A stretch of 64,000 nt of DNA from an uncultured Candidatus Rokubacteria bacterium (GTDB lineage Bacteria; Methylomirabilota; Methylomirabilia; Rokubacteriales; CSP1-6): contig CAVVEU010000008.1 in the NCBI GenBank assembly GCA_963747235.1, positions 128,001 through 192,000 on the forward strand. The letters run 5' to 3'. The notes under the pieces are model-generated. The model worked only from the letters and a program-made list of their open reading frames with translations. It was not told the origin of the DNA and did no database searches. Every line of letters starts with the position of its first letter. The first letter of the stretch is position 1. Shown here one piece after another: positions 50,115-60,915 of the stretch. A program made the translations under genes and the position numbers.

Positions 50115-50872
50115 CGACGCACGAGGACGTGACCGCGGCGATCGCGGCCGCGAGGGCGGCGGGGGAGGTCGCGATGCGGTACTATCGCGGCGGCTTCGAG
50201 GTCACCATCAAGCCCGACCAGACGCCGGTCACCCAGGCCGATCGCGAGGCCGAGCAGGCCATCAAGCGGGTGCTGGGGCGGGCCTTTCCCAACGACGGGT
50301 TCCTCGGCGAGGAGTTCGGGGAAGAGGGGCCCCGGGACCGGCGCTGGATCATCGATCCCATCGACGGCACCAAGAACTTCATCCGGCGAATCCCGATCTG
50401 GGCGGTGCTGATCGGCCTCGAGGAGGCGGGCGAGGTGACCGCGGGCGTGGTCTTCAATCCGGCCAGCAACGAGCTGTTCTGGGCGCGCCGGGGCGACGGC
50501 GCGTGGTCCGGCGCCGAGCGCCTCCGCGTGTCCGCCTGCGCCGCGATGAAGGACGCCTTCCTGCTGCACTCCGATCTCCACCTCCTGCGCGAGGCCGGCT
50601 ACTGGGATCGGTTCGTGCGCATGCTCGACGCCTCCGGCCGCACGCGCGGCTTCGGCGACTACTACGGCTACGGCCTGGTGGCCTCCGGCAAGGCCGAGAT
50701 CTACCTCGAGACGGATCTCAAGCCCTGGGACGCCGCGCCGGTGAAGATCCTGGTGGAGGAAGCGGGCGGACGCCTCACCGACTTCGCGGGGACGCCCACG
50801 ATCTACGGCGGCTCGGTGCTCGCCACCAACGGCCACCTGCACGACGTGGCGCTGCGGGCGCTCGCCGGCTAG
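50111..50872 (+). CDS. hisN: Inositol monophosphatase family protein, likely histidinol-phosphatase
   Basis: KPDQTPVTQADREAE, GEEFG, WIIDPIDGTKNF, RGFGD, WDAA. Confidence 0.8.
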   Translation: MTTHEDVTAAIAAARAAGEVAMRYYRGGFEVTIKPDQTPVTQADREAEQAIKRVLGRAFPNDGFLGEEFGEEGPRDRRWIIDPIDGTKNFIRRIPIWAVLIGLEEAGEVTAGVVFNPASNELFWARRGDGAWSGAERLRVSACAAMKDAFLLHSDLHLLREAGYWDRFVRMLDASGRTRGFGDYYGYGLVASGKAEIYLETDLKPWDAAPVKILVEEAGGRLTDFAGTPTIYGGSVLATNGHLHDVALRALAG

Positions 50873-50873
50873 C

Positions 50874-52097
50874 GTGCGGCTCCACCCGTTCCCGGCCCTG
50901 CGGCCTCCCGGCGCCCTGGCCTCGCGCGTCGCCTCGCCGCCCTATGACGTCGTCAGCCGGAGCGAGGCGGCGGCGCTGGCCCGGGACAACCCGCTCTCGT
51001 TCCTCCACGTCGGCCGCGCCGAGATCGATCTGCCCGACGCGGTGGACGCCCACGACCCGCGCGTGTACCGGGAAGCGCGGCGGGCGCTCGACCGGCTCGT
51101 GGCCGAGGGCGCGCTGCGGCGTGACGGGCCGGCGCTCTACCTCTATCGCGAGGTCATGGCGGGGCGCGCGCAGATCGGCGTGGTCGGCGGCGTGCACGTG
51201 GACGACTACGAGGCCGACGTCATCCGCAAGCACGAGACGACGCGGCCCGACAAGGAGGACGATCGCACCCGGCACGTGCTGGGGCTCGAGGCCCACGCCG
51301 AGCCGGTGCTGCTGCTCTACCGGGGCCGGCCGGAGCTGGATCGCCTGGTGGCCGCCGCGACGGCCGCGCCGCCGGTCTACGACTTCAGCACCGCGGACGG
51401 GGTCGCGCACACCGTGTGGCGCGTGGACGATCCGGCCCCGTACCGGCGCGCCTTCGCGGGTGTGGCCCACGCGTACGTGGCCGACGGCCACCATCGCTCG
51501 GCGAGCGCGTGGCGGGCCGCGCGGGAGCTGCGGGCCCGGAACGCGGGGCACACGGGCGCCGAGGAGTACAACTGGTTCCCCGCGGCGCTCGTGCCCGCCG
51601 AGCAGCTCCGCATCCTGGCCTACAACCGCGTCGTGACCGACCTGGCCGGGCGCGCGCCCGCGGAGGTGCTCGCGGAGCTGGGCCGCGTCGGACGGCTGGC
51701 CGTCACCGACGATCCGGTGCCGCCGCGCCCGGCCACGTTCTGCGTCTATCTCGGCGGGCGCTGGCACCGGCTCGAGCTGGCGGAGGACTCGATCGACCGG
51801 TCCGATCCGATCCGCGCGCTGGACGTCTCGCTGCTGCAGGAGCGCGTGCTGGGGCCGGTGCTGGGCATCGCGGATCAGCGCACCGACACGCGCATCGACT
51901 TCGTGGGCGGCATCCGGGGCCCGCGCGCGCTGGCCGCGCGCGTCGACGCGGGCGAGGCCGCGCTGGGGATCTCGCTCCACCCCACCACGGTGGAGCAGCT
52001 CATGACCGTGTCCGACGCGGGCCAGATCATGCCGCCCAAGAGCACGTGGTTCGAGCCCAAGCTCCTGAGCGGGCTCTTCGTCCACCCGTTCGCATGA
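50874..52097 (+). CDS. DUF1015 family protein
   Basis: SPPYDV, KHETTR, YVADGHHRSASA, MPPKSTWFEPKL.SGL. Confidence 0.92.
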   Translation: MRLHPFPALRPPGALASRVASPPYDVVSRSEAAALARDNPLSFLHVGRAEIDLPDAVDAHDPRVYREARRALDRLVAEGALRRDGPALYLYREVMAGRAQIGVVGGVHVDDYEADVIRKHETTRPDKEDDRTRHVLGLEAHAEPVLLLYRGRPELDRLVAAATAAPPVYDFSTADGVAHTVWRVDDPAPYRRAFAGVAHAYVADGHHRSASAWRAARELRARNAGHTGAEEYNWFPAALVPAEQLRILAYNRVVTDLAGRAPAEVLAELGRVGRLAVTDDPVPPRPATFCVYLGGRWHRLELAEDSIDRSDPIRALDVSLLQERVLGPVLGIADQRTDTRIDFVGGIRGPRALAARVDAGEAALGISLHPTTVEQLMTVSDAGQIMPPKSTWFEPKLLSGLFVHPFA

Positions 52098-52117
52098 ACC
52101 GTTCCACGCGGCTCGCC

Positions 52118-52147
52118 TTGACAAGCGCCGGGGCCCTGTCCCAGAAT
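52118..52147 (+). promoter_or_regulatory. Sigma70-type promoter of the ABC operon
   Basis: TTGACA-N18-CAGAAT upstream of RBS gaggagg. Confidence 0.5.
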
Positions 52148-52216
52148 CGCGCCAGCGTTCACCGGCTCGATCGCTCGTCACCGCCGACGCAACCACCTTC
52201 AGAGGAGGGCGCATTC

Positions 52217-53515
52217 ATGAATACGATCAGCAGGCGGCGATTTCTCGGGAACGCAGGATTGCTCGGAGCGGGGGCGGTCCTGGCGGAGGGCGCGCTCCGG
52301 GGCGCGCGCGCGGACAAGCCGCTGAACTTCTCGGGATGGGTCTTCAAGCCCGACACCGTGAAGGACTACGTCGAGTTCTACAACAAGAAGCACGGCGGGC
52401 AGGTGAAGTACGAGGCGATTCCGTGGACGGCCTACCACCCCACCATGGAGACGCGCGCCTTCGCGGGCGAGATCGTGGACGTGATGTACTGCAACCACAA
52501 CAACCGCGAGCGCTGGTACGAGAACGGGCTGATCCGGCCGGTCGACGACCTGCCCGGCATCGACGAGCTCAAGAAGAAGATGACGCCCGCGAACCTGGAC
52601 AGCCTGAAGAGCAAGGACGGCAGCAAGCTCCTCGGCCTGCCCTACTTCACGAGCCTCTTCGTGCTCATCTACAACGAGCCGATGCTGCAGCAGGCCGGCA
52701 TCAAGGCCCCGGCCAAGAGCTGGGACGAGCTGGTCGAGCACTGCACCAAGCTCAAGCGGGACAAGGTCAGCGATACCCCGTTCCTGCCCAACTGGAACAA
52801 CAGCCCGTCGGGGACCATGCCCCAGTTCATGACCGACTGCTTCTCGGAGGGGGCCAACGTCTTCGACGCCAAGAACCGGGTGATCGTGGACCAGGAGCCC
52901 GGGGTGGCGCGGGCGATGGAGCGCTGGCAGAAGGTCTACAAGGCGGACCTCGTGAACCCCGAGGTGCTCACCAAGACCTCGTCCACCGACACCCACCGCC
53001 TCTTCTGGACCGGGCGCTACGCCTACCATACCAACCACTCGTACTATCTGAAGACGATCGCGGGGGAGCCCGAGAACTCGAAGCTCGCCCCCAAGAAGGC
53101 CAAGATGGCGATGTACCCGGGAACCGGCCAGACCTACATGTGGACCGACTCCTACGTGGTGAACGCCAAGAGCAAGGCCCTCGAGGACGCGTGGAAGCTC
53201 ACGAAGTTCCTGGGCGGGAATCTGAACGGGGACTGGTACGTCCAGCGGCAGTGGTGCCTGATCTCGGGCCTCGACAACCCGTACCCCGAGATGTACGACC
53301 ATCCCGAGATCATCTCGTCCTACGATCGGTGGATCGATCTCAAGCTCCTGCGCGAGCAGTACAAGAAGGGCAAGGTCATCGCCGCCTACAAGGAGCCCTG
53401 GTACGGCGAGTACGACACGAAGGCGGTCGCCACCGTCCACAACATCATCCGCGGCACCACCACGGTGCCCAAGGGCCTGAAGGATCTGGTCGCGCTCCAG
53501 AAATCGCTGGCGTAG
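52217..53515 (+). CDS. CUT1 (carbohydrate-type) ABC substrate-binding protein with Tat signal
   Basis: SRRRFL signal, GLPYF..LIYN, SWDEL, AWKLTKFL. Confidence 0.88.
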   Translation: MNTISRRRFLGNAGLLGAGAVLAEGALRGARADKPLNFSGWVFKPDTVKDYVEFYNKKHGGQVKYEAIPWTAYHPTMETRAFAGEIVDVMYCNHNNRERWYENGLIRPVDDLPGIDELKKKMTPANLDSLKSKDGSKLLGLPYFTSLFVLIYNEPMLQQAGIKAPAKSWDELVEHCTKLKRDKVSDTPFLPNWNNSPSGTMPQFMTDCFSEGANVFDAKNRVIVDQEPGVARAMERWQKVYKADLVNPEVLTKTSSTDTHRLFWTGRYAYHTNHSYYLKTIAGEPENSKLAPKKAKMAMYPGTGQTYMWTDSYVVNAKSKALEDAWKLTKFLGGNLNGDWYVQRQWCLISGLDNPYPEMYDHPEIISSYDRWIDLKLLREQYKKGKVIAAYKEPWYGEYDTKAVATVHNIIRGTTTVPKGLKDLVALQKSLA

Positions 53516-54517
53516 TTGGCCCCCGATCTCCGCCGCTCGACGATCCCGCAGGGATCCCGACCCCGGTGGCGGTGCCGCGCCTCGGGCTGCGGGCGGTGCG
53601 CCTCTCCGAGGCCTGGTTCGCCCGGCTCCTGGTTGCGCCCGCCGATCCTCGCCATCGTGGCGGTGGTCGCGGTCCCGCTCGCCTACTCGCTCTGGCTCTC
53701 GTTCACCGACGTCAACCTGCTCCGCGGCGGCGGCGCGGCCATCGAGATGTTCGGGATGCGCCTGCCGCTCTACCGCTGGGTGGGGCTGAAGAACTACCTC
53801 CAGGTCTTCTCCGACCCGCTCTACTGGGATTCCCTCTGGCGCACGCTCTACTTCGTGGGCGCCTTCGTGATCGAGGCGACCCTGGTCGGCCTCGGGGTGG
53901 CGCTGGTCCTGAACGAGCGGTTCCCGGGCCGCCCGCTGATGCGGAGCCTCCTCCTCGTCCCGTGGTCGCTGTCTCGCATCGTGGTGGGGCTGCTCTGGAT
54001 CGGCATCCTCGACTTCGAGTTCGGCGCCTTCAACGGCTACATGCAGCGGCTCGGCCTGATGACCGGGTCGATCTCCTTCTTCAAGGACGGCTTCAGCGCG
54101 CTGAACGTGCTGGTGTCGGTCTACATGTGGAACCAGGCGCCGTTCGCGACGCTGCTGTTCCTGGCCGGCATGCAGTCGATCTCCGAGGATCTCTACGCGG
54201 CCGCCGAGGTGGACGGCGCCGGCTACTGGCAGCGCTTCCGCTACGTGACCCTGCCCGCGCTCCGGCCGATCCTCTTCCTGGTGCTGGTGCTGTGCACGGT
54301 GAACGGCTTCCTCATGCTGGACCTCATCTACATCCTCACCATGGGCGGGCCCGCGAACGAGACCACCACGATCTCGTGGCTCGGGTTCCAGACGAGCTTC
54401 GCGTTCTTCAAGTTCGGCCCGGGGACCGCGATCCTCTACACGCTCACCGGGCTCTGCCTGCTCCTGACCTTCCTCTACCACCGGCTCATCCTGGCCCGCT
54501 TCGAGCCGGAGGGCTGA
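53516..54517 (+). CDS. CUT1 ABC permease (5' frameshift likely)
   Basis: WVGLKNY, DLYAAAEVDGA EAA loop, LTMGGP. Confidence 0.88.
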   Translation: MAPDLRRSTIPQGSRPRWRCRASGCGRCASPRPGSPGSWLRPPILAIVAVVAVPLAYSLWLSFTDVNLLRGGGAAIEMFGMRLPLYRWVGLKNYLQVFSDPLYWDSLWRTLYFVGAFVIEATLVGLGVALVLNERFPGRPLMRSLLLVPWSLSRIVVGLLWIGILDFEFGAFNGYMQRLGLMTGSISFFKDGFSALNVLVSVYMWNQAPFATLLFLAGMQSISEDLYAAAEVDGAGYWQRFRYVTLPALRPILFLVLVLCTVNGFLMLDLIYILTMGGPANETTTISWLGFQTSFAFFKFGPGTAILYTLTGLCLLLTFLYHRLILARFEPEG

Positions 54518-54519
54518 CC

Positions 54520-55422
54520 GTGGCGACGGCGGTGGCGCGACCGCGCTACCGGGGCGGCAGCTACAAGGCGCGCTCCGGTCGGAGCCGCGCGCTCCTCTAC
54601 GGCCTCGTCGCCGTGGTCACGCTCTGGCTCATCGGCCCCTTCATCTGGCTCTTCGTCACCAGCGTCTCCTACCAGCGGAACCTGCTGGCCCGGCCGCTCG
54701 CCTTCGTCCCGCCCGAGGTCACCCTCGAGAACTACCGGATGATCCTCGGCCTCGTGCGCTTCCACGCCGAGGGCCAGGCCGCCAAGATCCTGCCCTCCAT
54801 GCTGAACACGCTGATCGTGGCCTCGGTGGTCACGATCGTGAACCTCGTGGTGGGCACCACCGCCGGCTACGCCTACGCCCGGTTCCGCTTCCCGCTCAAG
54901 ACCTTCTCGCTCTTCGCGCTGCTGTTCACGCGCATGCTGCCCACCATCGTGCTGATCCCGGCGTTCTTCGTGATGTTCCGGGCGCTCGGGCTGCAGAACA
55001 CGCTGGCCGGGCTGGTCATCGCCTACTGCTCCTTCACGCTGCCGTTCACGGTGTGGATCATGAAGGCGTACTTCGAGACGGTGCCGGCCGACCTGGACAA
55101 GAGCGCGCTCGTCGACGGCTGCAATCGCCTGCAGGCCTACTGGCGGGTCGTGCTGCCGGTGTCGGGCCCGGGGCTGGTGGCGGGCGGGGCCTTCACGTTC
55201 ATGCTGTGCTGGAACGAGTTCGTGGTCGCCCAGGTGCTCAACACCAAGCCGGGCACCACCACGCTGCCCCCGGTCATCGCGGCCATGAATGGGCAGGTGA
55301 ACGTGGACTACTCGGTGATCGCGGCCTCCGGCTTCCTGGGCGCGCTGCCCGCGGTGCTGCTCGTGCTGATCTTCCAGAAGTACATGGTGCAGGGCCTCAC
55401 CGCAGGCTCGGTCAAGGGCTGA
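54520..55422 (+). CDS. CUT1 ABC permease
   Basis: TLENY, AGYAYAR, DKSALVDG, WNEF, GLTAGSVKG. Confidence 0.9.
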   Translation: MATAVARPRYRGGSYKARSGRSRALLYGLVAVVTLWLIGPFIWLFVTSVSYQRNLLARPLAFVPPEVTLENYRMILGLVRFHAEGQAAKILPSMLNTLIVASVVTIVNLVVGTTAGYAYARFRFPLKTFSLFALLFTRMLPTIVLIPAFFVMFRALGLQNTLAGLVIAYCSFTLPFTVWIMKAYFETVPADLDKSALVDGCNRLQAYWRVVLPVSGPGLVAGGAFTFMLCWNEFVVAQVLNTKPGTTTLPPVIAAMNGQVNVDYSVIAASGFLGALPAVLLVLIFQKYMVQGLTAGSVKG

Positions 55423-56764
55423 GGCTTCCCGCGGTCGATCGCGACCCGCCCTCCTGGACGACGAACAGGCGCCAGTCGTCGGGCACGCCCTTCAAACGGT
55501 GCATGCCGCGATCGCCGAACTGGAGACCGGAGCCCGCGACCAGATCTCTCACGGTGCTGGAGACCAGCACCTCGTCCGGGCCCGCCATGGCCGCGACGCG
55601 GGCGCCGATGTGCACCGCGATGCCGACCACCCCGTCACCGACCCGCTCGCACTCGCCGGTGTGCAGCCCGGTGCGGACCTGGAGCCCCAGGGCGTGGACG
55701 CGCTCGCGCACGGAGCACGCGCAGCGGATCGCCCGGGCCGGGCCGTCGAAGGTGGCGAGCAACCCGTCGCCCGCGGTGTCCACCTCGCGGCCCCGGAACG
55801 CGGCGAGCTCCTTTCGCATCATGGCGTGCCAGCTGCCGCGCAGCTCGCGCCATCGCCCGTCCCCGATCTCGGCCACGCGCTGGGTGGACGCGACGATGTC
55901 GGTGAACATCACGGTGGCCAGCACCCGATCCGGCTCCAGCCGGCGTCGCTCCCCCGTGATGAATTCCTCGATCCGGTCCGCGATGATGTCCTGGGTCTCC
56001 GGATCGACCACGAAATGGTCCGTCCCGGGAATCTCCGCGTACTTGGCCCCGGGGATGTGCTCGGCCAGGTAGCGCCCCGTCCGGACCGGAACCAGCTCGT
56101 CACCCGCGCGATGGAGGATCAGGGTCGGCACCCGGATGGAGGGCAGGAGATGGCGGACGTCGATCTCGTAGTTGGCCCGGATCAGCGAGAGGACCGACCC
56201 GGGGCTGGCGGCGGCGCGCTCGATCCGGGCAAACCGCTGGAGGAAGGCCTGGTCTCCGCGCCGGCTCGGCACGTTGAGCACGCCCAGCACGCCCTGGCCC
56301 CAGTGCTTGTCCATCTGACCGAGAAAGACATCGAGCTGCTCGCGGGTCACCCCCCACGGCTCGGCGCTCATCGACGCGAACGTGCCGTACAGCACGAGGG
56401 CGGCGGTGCGCTCCGGATACGTGGCTGCGAACATCAGGCACATCGGGCCGCCCTCGGACCAGCCGTAGATGGTCGCACGCTCCGAGCCCGCCGCCTCCAT
56501 CACCGCGCGCACGTCGCCGCTCCGCTCCTCGAGCGTCTGCTCCGCGACCCGATCGGACAGCCCCTGCCCGCGCTTGTCGAACACGATCACCCGCGCGAAC
56601 GCGGTGAGCCGCCTGAGCAGGTGCTCGTTGATCGGCATCTCCCACAGGAGCTCGACGTGCGAGATCGTGCCCGGGATCAACACGATGTCGCGCGGGCCGT
56701 CGCCGAAGATCCGGTAGGCGATGTGCACGTCGCCGCTCTTCGCGTACCTGATGGGAGCTTCCAT
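55412..56764 (-). CDS. Alpha/beta-hydrolase fused to class III adenylate cyclase (LipJ-like)
   Basis: HIAY, FDKRGQGLSD, GWSEGG; ATVMFTDIVAST, GDG, GLHTGE, LKGV. Confidence 0.92.
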   Translation of the reverse strand: MEAPIRYAKSGDVHIAYRIFGDGPRDIVLIPGTISHVELLWEMPINEHLLRRLTAFARVIVFDKRGQGLSDRVAEQTLEERSGDVRAVMEAAGSERATIYGWSEGGPMCLMFAATYPERTAALVLYGTFASMSAEPWGVTREQLDVFLGQMDKHWGQGVLGVLNVPSRRGDQAFLQRFARIERAAASPGSVLSLIRANYEIDVRHLLPSIRVPTLILHRAGDELVPVRTGRYLAEHIPGAKYAEIPGTDHFVVDPETQDIIADRIEEFITGERRRLEPDRVLATVMFTDIVASTQRVAEIGDGRWRELRGSWHAMMRKELAAFRGREVDTAGDGLLATFDGPARAIRCACSVRERVHALGLQVRTGLHTGECERVGDGVVGIAVHIGARVAAMAGPDEVLVSSTVRDLVAGSGLQFGDRGMHRLKGVPDDWRLFVVQEGGSRSTAGSLSP

Positions 56765-56807
56765 GGCACCCTCCCGTGGCCCGGCGCCGCGCTCGGTCGC
56801 CGCCGCG

Positions 56808-57257
56808 TCAGTCCGGCAGGTAGAGGCGCGTGACGTGGTCGTCGGTGACCTGGCCGTCGGGAGTCACCGTGAAGTTCGACGTGATCAGGCCCTGCGCGCC
56901 CGCGAAGCGGCCGTCGCCGCCGGTGATCCGCCACATCACGACGCCGTGGCTCCCGCCGCCGTCCGGGGCCGGCCCCACGTGCCCGCGGCCCACCGTGTCG
57001 AAGGTGACGGAGCCCGCGCGGCCGTAGGTGATGGTGCCGTCCTCCACGAAGCTGCCGTCCGGGGCGCGCTCCACCCGCGACTCCAGCACCGCCGACTCGC
57101 CCGCGACCGGCTCGACCGCGGCGCTCACGCCGTCGGGCCCGACGATCGCGCGCCAGGCCTGGCTGGGCGCGGTGGTGCGGGCCTGGCGCTTCGTGGTCGA
57201 GCCGGGGACCGGCCCGCCGCGGCCGCGGAACTCGAGCGCGAACACGAGCTCGCGCAC
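56808..57257 (-). CDS. Hypothetical beta-barrel protein (allene oxide cyclase/dirigent-like motif)
   Basis: WRITGGDGRFAGAQG motif in a beta-rich sequence. Confidence 0.55.
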   Translation of the reverse strand: MRELVFALEFRGRGGPVPGSTTKRQARTTAPSQAWRAIVGPDGVSAAVEPVAGESAVLESRVERAPDGSFVEDGTITYGRAGSVTFDTVGRGHVGPAPDGGGSHGVVMWRITGGDGRFAGAQGLITSNFTVTPDGQVTDDHVTRLYLPD

Positions 57258-57260
57258 GGC

Positions 57261-58353
57261 CTAGAACACGATGACGCCGCGGCCGAGCTCGCCGGCGGCG
57301 AGCGCGCGGAACGCCTCGTTGGCGTCCTCGAGCGCGTAGCGATGGGTGATCATCTCGTCGATGCGCAGCTTGCCGGCCTGGTAGAGGCTCACCAGCCGCG
57401 GCAGGTCCTCGCGCGTGCGGGCGCTGCCGTAGCTCGAGCCGCGGATGACCCGCTCGCCGGTCACGAGGGGCCGCGCGTCGAGCGGCACGGTGGCGCCGGT
57501 CTCCGGCACCCCGATCAGCACGCAGGTGCCGCCCGGGGCCAGGGCGTCCACCGCCTGGGTGATCGGCCGCGTGGCGCCCACCGCCACGAAGGTGAAGTCG
57601 GCCCCGCGCCCGGTGATGGCGCGGATGGCGGCGGCCGGATCCTCCTTCGACGCGTCGATCGCGTGGGTGGCGCCCACCGTGCGCGCGAGGTCGAGCTTGG
57701 ACTTCAAGAGATCGACCGCGATGATCGGGTGCGCGGCCACCATCGCGCCGCCCTGGATGACGTTGAGGCCGACGCCGCCCACGCCGAAGACGGCCATGCT
57801 CGCCCCCGGGGGCACCGCGGCGGTGTTGATCACCGCGCCCACGCCGGTCATGACCGAGCAGCCGATCAGGGCGGCGCGGTCGAGCGGCATCGCGGGATCG
57901 ATGCGGATCGCGCACGACTCGTGGACCACGGTGCGCGAGGCGTAGGTGGCCACGTGGCCGTAGTGGTAGACCGGTGCGCCGTCTGAGGCTCATCCGGGTC
58001 GTCCCGTCGGGCAGCACGCCCTTGCCGGGCTGCCGGCGCTCGCAGAGGTTGGGCCGGCCGATCACGCAGTAGTGGCAGCGCCCGCACGTGGGCGCCCACG
58101 ACAGGATGACGTGATCGCCGACCTTCAACTCCGTCACGCCGGGGCCGAGGGCCTCCACCACGCCCGCGCCCTCGTCGCCCAGCACGATGGGCAGCGGGAC
58201 GCCCTTCCAGGAGCCGTCGGCGGCGTGCAGGCAGCTATGGCAGACGCCGCTCGCGGCCATGCGCACCAGCACCTCGCCCTGGCGCGGGGCCTCCAGCGCC
58301 ACCTCCTCCACCCGCTGGGGCTTGCCCTGCTCGAAGAGAACGGCTGCGCGCAT
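57261..58353 (-). CDS. Zn-dependent alcohol dehydrogenase, frameshift near 57975
   Basis: SGVCHS, LGDEGAG, CGRCHYC..C structural Zn site, IGCSVMTGVG, GVGGVG. Confidence 0.9.
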
Positions 58354-58370
58354 GAATGCCTCCGTGGGAT

Positions 58371-59324
58371 TCAGCGGCTGTAGCGGATCCGCGGATCGAG
58401 ATAGCTGTAGAGCAGATCCACCGCCAGGTTGATGGTCATGAACAGCACCGCGATGAAGAGGATGGTGGACTGGGTCAGCGGGTAGTCGCGCTGGTAGATG
58501 GACCACAGCACCAGGCGCCCGATGCCGGGGAGCGTGAAGACCTCCTCCACCACCACGGTGCCGCCGAGCAGGATGCCGATCTGCAGCCCCACCACCGTGA
58601 CTACCGGGATGAGGGCGTTGCGGAGGGCGTGCTTGAGCACCACGACCCGCGAGGCCAGGCCCTTGGCCGCGGCGGTGCGGATGTATTCCGAGTTGAGCAC
58701 GTCGAGCATGCAGGCCCGCGTGGTGCGCGCGATGTTGGCCGCGCTCGCGGTGCCGAGACAGAGCGCGGGCAGCATCATGATGGTGAGGTTGCGGAGGGGA
58801 TCGGTCCAGAAGTCCACCCACACCACCGGCGGCATCCAGCGCAGGTAGAGCGAGAAGAAGAGGATGAGCATGGTGCCCTGCCAGAACACCGGCACCGAGA
58901 GCCCGAGCAGGGTGCCCACGCGCGTGACGTTGTCCACCGCCTGGTCGCGGCGGATGGCCGAGATGATGCCCGCGACGCCGCCGAGGGCGAGCGCGAACGC
59001 CATCGCGAACACCGTGAGCTCGAGGGTCACCGGCAGCCGCTCCAGGATGAGCGCGACCACCGGCTTCCCGGTCCGCCACGACGTGCCGAAGTCACCCTGG
59101 ACGAGCCGGCCCAGCCAGCGCCCGTACTGCAGGTACCAGGGCTGGTCCAGGCCGAAGAAGCGCTTGAGCTCGGCCACCATGGCCGGGCTGGCGATGGCGT
59201 CGGCGCCGATCATCTGCTCGACCACGGTGCCCGGGATCAGGCGCAGCATGAAGAACACCAGCACCGTCAGGCCCAGCAGCGTCAGGGCCATCGAGTACAG
59301 GCGGACGACGAGATAGCGCGTCAC
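58371..59324 (-). CDS. Peptide/nickel ABC permease (DppB-like)
   Basis: GLDQP, GDFGTS, EYIRTAAAKG, KHALRNA, DPRIRY. Confidence 0.93.
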   Translation of the reverse strand: MTRYLVVRLYSMALTLLGLTVLVFFMLRLIPGTVVEQMIGADAIASPAMVAELKRFFGLDQPWYLQYGRWLGRLVQGDFGTSWRTGKPVVALILERLPVTLELTVFAMAFALALGGVAGIISAIRRDQAVDNVTRVGTLLGLSVPVFWQGTMLILFFSLYLRWMPPVVWVDFWTDPLRNLTIMMLPALCLGTASAANIARTTRACMLDVLNSEYIRTAAAKGLASRVVVLKHALRNALIPVVTVVGLQIGILLGGTVVVEEVFTLPGIGRLVLWSIYQRDYPLTQSTILFIAVLFMTINLAVDLLYSYLDPRIRYSR

Positions 59325-59330
59325 CTGGAC

Positions 59331-60893
59331 TCAGGCTTTATCGATCCAGGCGCCGTCGAAGCCGTACAGCAAAGTCGTGGGGTGCTGCTTGAAGCCTTTC
59401 ACGCTGGCCTGGGTGAAGTCGATGGTCTCGGCCGAGAAGAGCCAGAGGTGCGGGACGTTCTCCAGGATCTGGATCTGTACCTTGTCGTAGATCTCCTTGC
59501 GCTTCTTCTGGTCCATCGTGCGACGGCCCTCTTCCAGCAGCCCGTCCAGGTCCGGCACGCTCCAGCTATTCCAGTTCTGGCCCTTGGTCGAGTGCAGCGC
59601 GCGGAAGAAGGCGGTGTCCGGGTCGGCGTAGCCCGGGGTGGTGTTCATCGTCATGTCGAAGTCCTTGGCGAGCCACCGCTTGATCCAGATCGCGTACTCG
59701 ACCTGCTCGATCTCCATGGTGATGCCGATGCGCTTGAGCTGGGCCGCGATGACCGGCGCGCCCGTCACCATGGTGGGGAAGGTCGGGATCACCATGCACT
59801 TGACGGTGAAGCCGCCGGCCTGGCCCGCGTCCGCCATCAGCTTCTTGGCTTTCTCGACGTCGGGCTTGTAGTACTTCATCCACGCCTCTTCCGGAAGCTG
59901 CCACTGCTTCATCGGCGCGGTCGCCGGCGGGGTGAGGCGGCCGAAGCCGGCCGCGGCCACCCGCAGCACCTGGCTCCGGTCCACCGCCCAGCTGATGGCC
60001 TGCCGCACCCGCACGTCCTTGAGCGGCCCTCGGTTGGCGGTGATGTTGAGGAAGTCGTAGCCCAGGCGCGAGCTGCGGTACCCGGTGAGGGTCTTCTCGT
60101 CCTTGAGCAGGTTGTAGTTCTTGTTGTCCTCGATGAAGGCGTGATGGATCTGACCGGTGCGCAGCGCGGCCACGATGTTGGCCTCGTCGGGGATGGTGCG
60201 GATCACCAGCTCGTCCACGTAGGGGAGGCCCTTCTTCCAGTAGTACGGGTTCTTCTTCATCACGAGCTGCTGCTCCACCTTCCAGTCCGAGAACATGAAG
60301 GGGCCGGTGCCGAGCGCGGCCTTGTTGAGGTCGCCGTGCTTCTTGATCCCCGCCTCGCTGATGATGAAGCCCCAGAACCCGCCGAGGGCGGCGAGCAGGC
60401 CCGCGAAGGGCTCCTTCGTGATGAACTTCACCGCGTACTTGCCGGCCGGCTCGACCTTGTCCACCGCGATGAAGTCGGACTTGCCCGGCGACTTCTCGAA
60501 GAGCCGGTCGAACGTGAACTTCACGTCCGCGGAGGTCAGCTCCTGGCCGTCGTGGAACTTCACGCCCTGGCGCAGCTTGAAGGTCCAGATGAGGCCGTCC
60601 TTGCTCGTCTCCCACGACTCGGCCAGCTCGGGATTCGGGGTCATGGTCTCGTCGTAGCGCACGAGCTGGCTGTACATCAAGGGCGAGCGCCGGCTGCGGG
60701 AGAGCGCGGGGACGAGCTGCGGATCGAGCCCGGTGGCCTCGGTGGCCTGGGCCGAGACCAGCGTGCCGCCCGGTTTCGGCGTCTGCGCGGCGGCGTGGCG
60801 GCCCACCGCGAGGGCGCCGAGGGTGAGGCCGCCCGCCTTGAGGAGCTGGCGACGGCTGAGGTGGGAGCGGGGCGAGCCGTGGTCGTTGGTCAT
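59331..60893 (-). CDS. Family 5 ABC substrate-binding protein with Tat signal
   Basis: SRRQLL signal, PELAESW, LRQGVKFHDG, GTGPF, VRQAIS; RBS aggagg. Confidence 0.93.
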   Translation of the reverse strand: MTNDHGSPRSHLSRRQLLKAGGLTLGALAVGRHAAAQTPKPGGTLVSAQATEATGLDPQLVPALSRSRRSPLMYSQLVRYDETMTPNPELAESWETSKDGLIWTFKLRQGVKFHDGQELTSADVKFTFDRLFEKSPGKSDFIAVDKVEPAGKYAVKFITKEPFAGLLAALGGFWGFIISEAGIKKHGDLNKAALGTGPFMFSDWKVEQQLVMKKNPYYWKKGLPYVDELVIRTIPDEANIVAALRTGQIHHAFIEDNKNYNLLKDEKTLTGYRSSRLGYDFLNITANRGPLKDVRVRQAISWAVDRSQVLRVAAAGFGRLTPPATAPMKQWQLPEEAWMKYYKPDVEKAKKLMADAGQAGGFTVKCMVIPTFPTMVTGAPVIAAQLKRIGITMEIEQVEYAIWIKRWLAKDFDMTMNTTPGYADPDTAFFRALHSTKGQNWNSWSVPDLDGLLEEGRRTMDQKKRKEIYDKVQIQILENVPHLWLFSAETIDFTQASVKGFKQHPTTLLYGFDGAWIDKA

Positions 60894-60915
60894 GGTCGTT
60901 CCTCCTGTGACGGGA

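Noticed and set aside
52336-55422. Very long ORFs in the track (1028 aa here; also 58356-60968, 56677-59079, 52199-54481)
   Set aside because: Shadow or antisense frames typical of high-GC DNA; Arg/Pro/Gly-rich with no motifs and overlapping well-supported genes
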